Part shown: one piece after another, positions 27,348 through 38,917 of the stretch
How positions within the stretch are numbered: the stretch's first letter is position 1
Layout of the letters: every line of letters starts with the position of its first letter
NCBI GenBank assembly: GCA_951406725.2
Contig: OX597818.1
Span: forward strand, 21,452,001 to 21,516,000
DNA from: Octopus vulgaris
Lineage: Eukaryota
Direction of reading: 5' to 3'
DNA length: 64,000 bases
The notes under the pieces: generated by a model
Database searches by the model: none
Told to the model about the DNA's origin: nothing
The model's input: only the letters and a program-made list of their open reading frames with translations
Made by a program: the position numbers and the translations under genes

Positions 27348-28758
27348 GAGGATTATACTCATTATTATTATTATTATTATAAATTCTGCTGAGGTTGACT
27401 TTGCCTTTCATCCTTTTGGGGGGTCAGTAAATTAAATACTAGTGAAATTCTGGGGTTGATGTAATCGACTAGTCTCCTCCCACCAAATTTTGGGCCTTGT
27501 GCCTTTAATAGAAAGGATTATTATTTTATATATATATATATAGGTTTATATAATCTTGCTTACTGCTTTCAAGCGACCTCACCACTTAGATCTTATATAT
27601 GGCTGACGTAATGATATTTCCTGAGGAGGTGGAGGAGGAGGAAAAGGAGAACTTCAGATGTAGAAGGTCTCTGAAGTCTAAAGTTGCTTTTAATTAAGTA
27701 TTACCAATATTAGTCTCCTTAGAGTTCAATGGCTATCCAGCCTTATACTAACATGGCTTGGAAGTGGTTGACAACCCCCCTACCAAAAAACAAACAAACA
27801 AAAAACAAAAACAACAACCTTGGTATAAGTTTTCAAATGAAGTAACTAAGTAAAACATTGTAAATGTGCTTGGAGAAAGGACATCCGCCATCATATCAAG
27901 TTAATTAAAAAGAGGGAATTGTAGAGATGCCAATTTATATCTTGTATTAATGCACATATACATAATTAACCTACAATTTCATTAATAGAATGAACAGCCC
28001 ACAATAGCTAGCAATGGCTCCATGGATAAGATTTCATCCTGTCAGCTGAAAAGTTGGGAGTTCATACATCATTACTAGCACAATGATATTCTAATACAGT
28101 GTTGTTTAGCTCCAGATCAACCCTAATTAAAGATATTCCTAGCATGATCATCCAGTTTTTTTATTCAAATATAGTGTACTCTGGATATGTTATTTAATGT
28201 ATCCTTTTCTTTTAAGAGAGTAGGATGTAAACATGTAAATATCTTATAGCTTTAAGGCCTATAAAATTTTTGTCACTTATTTGTATCTCAGAGTACCTGT
28301 TTTTTGTAGACTGATAGGATGATAGTGGCAGGCTTAACATCACCAGTAATAAAATGTTCTTGGTTAGTAGAGTGATTCATTTTGTAAAACTATTAAGTTG
28401 TTAAGGCATTTCTAAAACCAGTGGAGTAGGTTTGTCACTGATTTCACTGAGCTGCAAAATGACGGAGTAGCAAACTAAAAGAACACTCTTCAGTTTTAAG
28501 TGCTGTTGCTGCTGTAAACATTGTTTAATCTCAGGTTAGCTATGATAGAGCAGTCGCATGGTAGCTGCCTGAAGAACTAAGTGTAGCCTATAAGTCTGTT
28601 AGCCATAATGAACTGTATAACTCTGTGGCACTTTAAGACAGAGCCGGATGAAATTAAAATCTTTGATAATTGAAAATCTGTTACATGTAACAGAAGCAAT
28701 ATTAAATTAAAATAAACATCTGTGTATCATATTTAATGTTAATATATTGTGATAGGCA

Positions 28759-28969
28759 GGGTGGTGAGCTGGTTGAAACATTAGTGGGTTGGACAAAATG
28801 CTTAACAGAATTTCTTCCAGCCTTACATTCTGAGTTCAAATTACATCATGGTTGACTTTGCCTTTCATTCTTTTCGGGTTGATAAAATAAAGCACTAGTT
28901 GAGCACTGAGGTTGATGTAATTAACTAGCCTTCATCAAAATTGCAGGCTTTGTGCTTATAGTAGAAAAA
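28759..28969 (+). mobile_element. Family A SINE with ~17-bp TSD
   Basis: atatattgtgataggca (28742-28758) and atatattgtgacagaca (28970-28986) flank a full SINE. Confidence 0.8.
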
Positions 28970-30339
28970 ATATATTGTGACAGACAAATTTACTGCAGTA
29001 CACATTCTGAGATATCATGGATGTGCTGTGTTTAAAAACACAAAAAATATACTGGAGGCAGATAAAAATTGTCTTAGCAGCAGCCTGTAAGAATACTTTA
29101 TGCATTTCTGCTTCATTAGACTCTGTCAGTAACATGTATTCATAGCCAACCACATGCTAAGAAGAAATTTGTCACCAACAATAAAGGAAAACTGAATAAA
29201 CATTTAATGATGTTGCAAATAGCCATTTGACTGAATAAAATCCATTACATAAGACGATACAGTATTAAATAAAAATAACCATTTGTGTATCATATTTAAT
29301 GTTAAAACATTGTGATAAGCAAATTTACTGTGGTAATTGAATATACTGGTTACAGGCAGTAACAGAGACAGGAAGCATAACCACTGACGTTTTGGTTGAT
29401 TGTTTAATAACTTACTGAATCAGTTATTTGTGTTCATGAAAAGAAAAGAAGTAGGGTGGGTGATCACAAAAAATTCAGGATAGAAACCGCTGCGCAAGTA
29501 TCATGATCTGTAAGTAGGTTGTCTAAAACCTTACTCATTCAGCCATTTTGATTCTATGAACAGGATTACATAATACCTTATCTTATACAAGAACAGATTG
29601 GAGAGCACATGGATATATTTTGTCTGAGAGCTTATATTTTACATGGCTAAAAACATGTGTGGTAGTGATTATTATACAGATAGGCCACAGAACAGAATAA
29701 CACACAAGTCTCTGCTTCAAGATTTGCTAGTTGCTACCACAGGTCTCTGTTGTTACCCTAGTGCTGTTGGTTTACTCAACAATGACAACAGCAGCATTTG
29801 TATCAGGATAAAATTATTGCATCACTTCACTTACCGGAATCTGTGAGGTGGTTAAGTAAGTCATCCAGAGCTTGCTCTTTGCCTGATATCTGACATAGCT
29901 TCAGCTCCTCAATAATTTTGGTGAATTTATCTGAAAGTAGAGGATCATTTTATTGTTAGGGCTCAAAGCTATAAAAAACAAACAAACAAACAAACTAAGC
30001 AATAATATAAGCCATCTCACCAACACTTCAATCGTTCCCCCAAACAACATCTGAAACACTGAGCCAATAAGCAAACCTCTATATGGCCACTTGATGTGTA
30101 AAGCAATGGTAGGCAAATTTACCTCAAATCACTCTACAGTCTTGAAAGTGTAAAGGACAAAAAGGATATATTTCAAGACACCTGCAAAAGAAAAAAAAAA
30201 GACAGAATGGTCTTGGCTGGAAAGCTTCTGATCATCAGTCTGCTAGCTCAGGTATTATTTGACGCTAAAAAAATAACATCTTAAACAATACTATTACTAT
30301 ATAGTAAGCTGTGCTTCAGCCTCCCTCTTTAGATTACTG

Positions 30340-31170
30340 TGGAAAAGCAAATCCCAATACATTTCAGTATTTAACTCTGATGATTGTCACTCATTGACTT
30401 TCCAAATGCTTCTCTTAAAATCTTCCTTACTTTCAATCTTACCAGATTGATGACCAGCCTCTCATTGTTAAGACATTGTGTCACATTTACCAGACCTCTT
30501 CCTTCATCTATACATGATATGCAAATCCAATTTACGCTTGCTTTTGGATGTAGTGCCTTGTGCATGGTTATAATTTTCTTCGTTTTGTGGTCCATTTCAT
30601 CAACTTTAGTGTTAAACCATCAGGAAATACAAGAATTGTATTAAAGTGTGGCCCAGCATATAATCCTTTTGATACCAACCCAGCTGAAACCGCCTCTAGC
30701 TCTGTAGTACAAATGTCTTGTTTTCAAAAGTTCTGAATTAAAATCTTCCACCAAACCTTAGTCACAATTTATGTTCCTAACACTAGCCTAATAACTAAGT
30801 TATTTTATTAAATTCCTTGTTATATTTAAGATTAATTGAAAGAAACACAGAGTATCTCAACAGAAATATGGTAACAAAAAGGTTAAAGCAAAAATTGTAT
30901 TCCTTGTGTAAAGTTTTAACTGGTGTAAATAAAATTTTTATACATTTTCTTTCACTGCACTGCATCAGTTATCAGGATTCTTAGATTCTTATAGCCAGTA
31001 ACCATCATCATTTGAGTCTCCTAATTGTTCCCTGGATGATAACTTTGTAGCAGTAACATAAGATCTTTTTCCTGATTTTGTGATTTTGTATTGAATGCTG
31101 TACATTTTAAGATATCAAATTCCATACCTATATCTTCCTACATTTGCGGATTGTGTACTATAGCAACTCT
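30340..31170 (-). mobile_element. R4/Dong-like non-LTR retrotransposon RT-thumb remnant, split by a MITE
   Basis: MDHKTKKIITMHKALHPKASVNWICISCIDEGRGL resembles LDRKTRK.LTMH.ALHPK..V.RLY.PR..GGRGL. Confidence 0.7.
30661..30886. mobile_element. piggyBac-type MITE
   Basis: Termini taatccttttgatacca / tggtaacaaaaaggttaa are inverted repeats ending at TTAA-like sites. Related partial copies at ~3231-4028 and ~35430-35590. Confidence 0.7.
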
Positions 31171-33124
31171 AGTGGTGTTTCAGACTTTACAAACAATTTC
31201 AAATCTCATCATCATGGTTAGTATTATCATCATCATTATTATTAGCAATGTTGCATTGCCCTAAAATAGAGTTTAGATTTGCTTGTGTTACATTCTTGGC
31301 AGCAACATAAAAAAGTTGTGAATGAGAGGTGTCACATGTCTGAATCAACCAATTACAAAGAGACATACCAGAAAAAAAGGACATCAAAACACGATACCAA
31401 TAGAATAAAACGCCCAAATAATAATAAACACTGTAATAAGTTTATAGAGAATACTGTAGAATACAGGGGTGGTTCCAGAAATTTTAATTAAAGATATCTC
31501 AGTAGTTACTGTGGTGATGATGGTATGACTCTTTGGTTGGAAATAATGGATGGAGACTAAAGGATATTTTCTTCTAGAATCTGCATTTACAAAATAATCA
31601 TTGTTTTCTTGGGTTACAGATATAAGCCAGTGAAAAAAGTTATCTCCCCAAAACAGTGAAACATTTTCTAAACATGGTTTTATTGATAATTTAATGTTAT
31701 TTAAAGATAAATCTGTCAAGAACTTAAAAATATTAGGTGACCAAATTGTTTTTATTTTAATCAAAGAGCTGAGATTTCTTACCACCACTTTCACCACTGC
31801 AACTATCATCATCATCATTGCAACAGTCATTATCATCATCACTGTCATCACTGCAGCTTTTATACCCTGGCTTAAGGAACTCTTTATTTTCATATCTATA
31901 TATCAGGGACTACATGTATCTGTCTATATTTATGATAAAGTGTAATCTAAGGGAAATTTGACTGCTATTTCTAGCAGGTTGAGCAGCTACTTAAAAGCTC
32001 TCTCATTAGCTCGAATATCCCTGTTGGCTTGCATTACTGAAAGCATTTTTGTTAGCTCATTAAGAAGTAAGGACACAAGACTGTACATTTAGATATTAAA
32101 TAATTCAAAGTCAGAAAATAGAATTCTTTAGCTATTAAATAATTCAGAAATACCAAATCTGTCTTGATTTTCAGGATAGCCAATGTGTTGTTAAATAGGA
32201 TGTAGCAGAGAGACAGTTATATGTTTACATAGATATAACATGATTTAAGAGATGAAGAACTTAAAAGAATTAGATGCTAAATCTGAGTTAATCTTTGTTT
32301 TATTAATACTGTTACACTGGTAAAACTTGTTTCTTTGGATTTACTTGTTCCAAATTCCAAACACTCTTATGGTCTGTTAATTCTCTCCATCTTTTTCTTA
32401 GTTTACCTGTTTTGTAAATATTTTCTAGGTTTTGATCTCTCTTCAGGAAACTTCTAGTTGTAGTGAGTCTCTAGAGTCATTTATGTGGCCTATTGTAGCT
32501 GTTTTAAAGCTCAGTTGCTTTGAAGTAGCTTGTCATGAATGTAATGAACTGAAAACTTCCACACCATCATGGTTCTGTCACATCAGAGTTCATATAGTTT
32601 CATATCAAACTGCAGATGACATTGAGTTTTTAGTGGAATTATTTTAGCTCAATATAGTGGTAAGGAAATTATCTTTGTGATATCCAGTATTATTTTCAAC
32701 AAGGAGGCTGGATAGAAAAACACAGTGTGCTAGAAATAGTGGCCAGTGAACATGGTAGTAAAACATAAGAAAGATTAATTCCTTTTTTTGTTTTTCTTTA
32801 CAATTTCACTAACAATATTAATACTTAGTTCTATACATATATTAACATTTAAACATAGAATTTAAGATATTTTAAGTTCAATAATGTCCTCAGTTCAATA
32901 TTGTAGAGAAGTAGAAAGTAATGAGAGTTAGTACAAGATGATATTTTAAAGTTCAACTTTATGATATCATATATGTTAGAATATTAGGAACAAAGAATAC
33001 ATTATAAATCTCTTCCCATACAATTCATAAGAGCAATTCTAGCATATGCACATGGTTAACCATTAAATAACTAAGAATAAACATCTAAAATTGAATGTTT
33101 ATATATTTTTCTTTTTTTTTTTGT

Positions 33125-33400
33125 CAGGAAGAAGGCAATACCAGTGATCTTTTAGGAAGACAATATCCTCAAAATAGAAATCTGGTTTGAGTACTTGCAC
33201 CAAAGTGTACTCCACTAAAAGTTTGCAAGATTCCAAGTGGTGGTGATATTAAACAGGGCTACTGACTAAGTCTACCACCCAGGTACACTATGGAATGATT
33301 TGGACTTGGAATGCAAAGAATTGGAACAACAACCACAAGGCATTCAAGTCCAACATTCTTACAGTTCCACCTATGTATAAGACAGAAGGGCAACAATTCT
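33125..33400 (-). mobile_element. Possible Penelope-like RT remnant
   Basis: Minus strand LVEYTLVQVLKPDFYFEDIVF./.TGIA weakly resembles N.F.F....Y.Q..G.AMG. Confidence 0.3.
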
Positions 33401-36400
33401 GAAAACATAGGAACCGAAAAATCTTTATTAAATCCAATTTCATGCTACTTTACAACATTACTGCCACAGAAATTGGCTCAATCATCACACTTTTATTTTT
33501 AACATATGTCTATTCTGGACATCAATTTCAATCAATTGCATCTCATGCTCATATCACATGACTGTCCATTGGTACCTCCTATGTCCATTTTAAAAGTATT
33601 TTTCATAAGGTGTAAATTTCATTTCAGCCATTTAACTTATTTCACTTTTGAAGTTCTGCACATGTATTTCCATTGCTAGGCAACATGACTGTGTGTGTGT
33701 GTATGCGTGCACATGCACATGCATGTGTGATTGAGTGAGAGAGAGAGAAGGTAATAACTTGCAAGTATGAAAGTCCATTACAAGTTCTTGGGGCAAGGTA
33801 CTTAAAATCATTTGTGTTAGTTTATCTATCTAAAAAATACTGTAGGTACCATGCTCATCAGAATAATTAACCTAAAACACCAGCCTTCTACTCAATGGGA
33901 GATTTGATTTGAATATTTTTGTTATATTTTACTTCAAGGAGGAAGTCCAAAGTCCATAGCCCTTGCAGAGGTTGATATAGTTGAGTGTGATGTTAAGTCA
34001 TGCAAGTTGATGTCTGTTAGGGAAAATGTGAACAAGCAAAATTTTCAGAGGTTTGCAGTTCTAGGAAAGAAGGTTGAAGTGAAGTGCTTACTGCAGAGTT
34101 TTGGGGTTCAGATATAGCAGAGGTGATGAAAGGAGAAAATATGATTGATCAATGTACACACATTCTCCACTCCATACACACATTGTCATGGATACAATTG
34201 GTTGAAATTGATGTCCAGAATAGACGTGTTCAAAATAAATATGTGATGACTGAGCCAGTTTCTGTGGTAGTAACGTTGTAAAGTAACATGAAATTAGATG
34301 TGTGTGAGCACTAGGTTTTTATACAAGTGGTATGAAGTTTGTTATTTCAGAAGATAGTACTGGTGGTAAACAAGATAGGGGTTGTAGTATGTTAGTATGT
34401 AAGTAGTTATAGCATATCAGTAAGTGATGGTCTGCACGGAGTTAAAACACCAACTTAAGAAGCCATCTTGGCTCTACAATGCTTTAATGAACCCAAATTT
34501 GCTTACACTCATTCTTATTTATATATATAATCTCTAGATACATACCAAAACAGATGGGTTTGTAAACCAACAAAATATGCTAAGATTATCATGTTGGCAA
34601 CCCTCTAACATTGGTATTTCCAGCATGAATGAAATATATACAGTCTATGCCTAAGACATATAAATGAATGCAAATAACAAATCACATTTTATTACAAATC
34701 TTTTATTTTTATGAGAGATAGCAGGAAAGAGGGTAAATACACATTATATGTATCTTACTTCAATAATATGCTTTGATTTTTAATATTGCATACATTGGCT
34801 TAAGGAATTGCCTCTGCTTTACTGCTATACAATTCTAAACCACATAATGTCTGTAACTACAAATCTAACCAGCCACAAAGATTGAAACACATCAATAATA
34901 ATGCAACAGAACTATTTAGAAAATACCCTCTCTCTCTTTCTTTCTCTCTCTCATCCGATTCATATAAATACAAAACACAAAATATATGTAGACAGCTTAA
35001 TATAACTGCAAAATTGAAAGCTTACAAACAAGCTTCTACATGGTCACAAAACCTGCTAGAAATAGTAACCAGTAACCAAATCTTTCAACTAATATCTTAT
35101 TGTCATGAAACAAAAAAGGACTTACAAGATAATGTAATCCTGGATGTACATTGCCATAAAACAGATATGCTGATCATGTTTTAAATGCTTTTCATCATAC
35201 TCAAATAGGAGCTGACCTGTAACTTAACAAGAAATCAAAGACACAAAATTAAGATATACAACTAAGTTTACTTATTTCATTTTCCACACCAGTAGAGCCT
35301 TATGACATATACAAAGAAATTAGATGGTAAAATAATATTAATATAATCTCTATTATCACAATAGCCCCAGAAAGATCAATGTTTCCTCTGGTAGTTTGGT
35401 CAAATTTCTAGATGGTTAAATATCAAGACCTGACCTTGTTTCAATCAATTTTGAAAATAATGAAGAATTTAGTCAAATAATTGTCATTAGAACATAAATT
35501 AACAAGAAATTTTTATGGAAGATTTTTCATTCAGGTCATTTTGTATTAGAGGACCAGTGGTGGTCTCAGGTAGATTAATATCAAAAAGTTTCCTCTAAAT
35601 CAAACAACAAAAAAATATGCTCAGGAATGCTAAACATGTGGTGGGTGGTTAGGGGACACACATACAAACATGACAGGCTTTCAGATAGTGTCTGTCTATA
35701 AAATTCACTCACAAGGCACTGGTTGTCCTAGGGCTATAGTAGAAAACACTTATTCAAGGCACTGCATACTGAATTGAACCCAAAACCACATGGTTGCTAA
35801 GTGGGCTCCTAACCACACAGCTATGCCTATGCCTGAAGAATACAGTGTTCAGGTCATTAAATTTCTACAGCAGATTTGAATTCATGACCTTTTCCACTCA
35901 GCCATCTTATCTCCACTAGTGAAACCAATATTTTCATACTTTGAATGGATATTAGTTTATAATAAATGCATAAACCATGTTCTTATATCTCAATGTAACC
36001 ATATTAACTTATTCCCAAGGGTCAATAATTGTATATACCAGTATTATTAATGGGTATGATTAAATTGATTGTATAACTTGCTATCTACTGCAAACATCGT
36101 TGCTGTGTCAATACAAGATATCAGTATCTGCACATGTAACTGTTTTAAGTCAAGAGAAAGAGCCAGTGCTCATGAATTTTGCAGGCATTCTCAAACTAAT
36201 GGCCTGCTATTTGTTTTGTAAAAACCTACTCCATCCATCTGGCATCAAATGAGGAAGAAACATGACCAGAATTAACTGGTGGTAAAAGTAAGGATGATGA
36301 TGAGGATGTCAACTGTGAGGCCAATGAAGAGCGATTATTATTCTTTTCTTGTATGGCAATTCCCATTAGCATAAATGCTATTTATTTATTGCCATATCAG

Positions 36401-37959
36401 ATCAAAGAACACTGGGCACTACAGAAAGGATGGAATAAATTTGGAGATATGCTATGTTGCAAATCCAGCCTCTCATTTCAACATGGAGAGAAAAATAAAA
36501 TAAAATGAAAAAGTATTATTATTATGATTTTTTTGATGATGACATTATTTAGTCCCATGTTATCCTTGATCAAGCAAATCTATGACTGGAGACATTTTTA
36601 TTTTTTACCCTGAAAGTATATTTAGAATGATATTATAGACTATATCCAGTGTGTCCTTCCTTTTTAAAGATATATTGTTTAAGGATTTAAGGGAAATTTG
36701 GTTGCTATTTCTACCAGGATTGAGTGACCATAAATATGTCTCATTGGTGATGATGACAAAAATAACATCACTTGATGATGATGATGAATGAATATAATAC
36801 TAATAAAAATGGTGATGGTCATGTTGTTATTTATGATAAGCTCAACACTGACTGATGGGACCTATGATTAAAGACATTTCAGTCAAGAAAACTTTTATCT
36901 TTCTCTAGGACATTGTCTATTTAGGCCTTCCATTAATCCATTCTATCTCTTTTTTTTTCATGATGGTAGGATGTAATTTAAGGAAGATTTTTCCTTTACT
37001 AGTGAATCAAGTGTCATGCATAAGTTCTGTTGTTGGCTCATTAATGGTTATGTTGTTGTTGTTGATGGTGTTGGTAAGTATAGTGATGATAGTGACAGGG
37101 ATGATGATGATAATAGTGGCTGCAATGGTTGTAACAGCAATGGTAATAATAGAGATACTGTCTTTAATAAATGATGGCAGTGCTACCACCACTGCAGCTG
37201 CTAAACTGCATTTGTCAAAAACATGACCAATGTTTGTGGTGGTTTATTTTTGAAGTGAAATACCAGTACTTCCTCAAACATAATCTGGCATAATTAGCCT
37301 AACATGAAAGAAAATATTACTCTGCCTAAGCAGTTAATTGCTCATTTTTCTTTCTTTTTGTCCATTGGTGTCATATTTTGTGGTGACGGTGGTTTCAATG
37401 GGGTGTTACTATTTTGATGTTGTTGTTTCCTTTCATTTTATTTGAACTTTGTGATATCGTTTCACAGAAAATGTTCTCTCTCTCCACTATCCAAACTTGA
37501 CACTTTCTTCTGCAGCAAGAAATTGGTGAAAGAGACCAGGAGAGAAAAGTGGGAAGGAAAGATTAGGTTCAGATAGACAGAGGTGTGTGTATGTGTGCAT
37601 GTTAGTATAGAGATGGATGGGCATACATATATATATATAAAGATTGCACATACATAAACATATATATATAAAGATTGCATATACATAAACATATAAAAGT
37701 GCCTGGAATGGATAAATGTGTAAAAACACACATTTATACCTAACTGGATGAAACTGCTTTACAAGGGGAAACTACCTCAAAGTGCTCAACATGGAGTCAA
37801 CTATCTAAAGGCATACATATTTAGTAATAAGGTAGAGGGATAGGTTTCTAAATATATTAGATGTTCACTTCAAAAAAGCAAAAATGTGCTGAGTGAAACT
37901 ACAAGAGGCTAGAAAATGAAGAATCAACTTTATGCCAAAAAAAAAAAAAAAGTTCGACT

Positions 37960-38265
37960 AACAATTGCAGCATGGAAGGTGTTTATAAGCCATTTAAAAA
38001 ACACACAAAAACCGTTAGATTCACTTCAACATTTAAATTTAATTTGCCAAAATATTTTCGTCGCTTTGAGACTGTGATCTGTTCACTGACAAAATTCTGT
38101 GCTGCATCACCAATGAGATGCAGCACGGAATTTTGTCAGTGAACAGGTCACGGTCTCAAAGCGATGAAAATATTTTGGCAAATTAAATTTAAATGTTGAA
38201 GTGAGTCTAACGCTTTTTGTGTGTTTCTTAAATGGCTTATAAACACCTTCCATGCTGCAATTGTT
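37960..38265. repeat. Fold-back element: 149-bp inverted arms, 8-nt loop
   Basis: 37960-38108 is the reverse complement of 38117-38265 with a handful of mostly transition mismatches. Confidence 0.95.
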
Positions 38266-38917
38266 TTCATTCCAGTACACAATCTCAAATCAGGTCACTC
38301 GCTACGTAAGTTCTACTATATATACTGATTACTCTTTTTCTCATTTGTAAATGTAAACATAAACAAGTGCCAGCATGTGTGTGTATATATACAGATATAT
38401 GTGCGGATATATATATATATGTGTGTGTGTGTGTTTATGTATATATACACATATCCTTATTTGTTTTTGTTGTTCAAATGCATATGACTGGTATCTATAA
38501 GTTATTTCTCTTGGCTTATTTTTCTTTCATTTATGCAAATTACCTAGACCATAAATGTGTTCTAGCCATTTTTGTATCTTTTCTATAAGGAGTGTTTACA
38601 GGTAATAAGGTAGAACAGCTGATGACATCTAATGAGACAGAAACATGTTTGCAGCTGTCCTCTTCTTTCTAGACAATCAGGCCAGCTTTTCCCAAATGGA
38701 ATGCTTTGGAGAAATTCTTGAGATTATTTCCTCTTCTTATTTGGGAGTTGGTCCTAGTTGCTATCACGCAATTGTTCTACCTTCTCTGGAAGAAGAAATA
38801 ATTTCAATAAATCAAGAATTTTTTGTAATTCAAACATGCTGGTAGCTTTACTAACTTATTTATTGTAGCACATTTTCATTTCATTACATATCCTCTCTCG
38901 TATATATATATCTATAT

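Noticed and set aside
31384-31893. 169-aa minus-strand ORF
   Set aside because: Starts in a (GAT)n low-complexity tract, with no recognisable domain or convincing splice sites.
37340-37510. Strong minus-strand splice-acceptor-like site at ~37510
   Set aside because: The phase-1 frame hits a stop within a few codons and there is no homology or clear donor.
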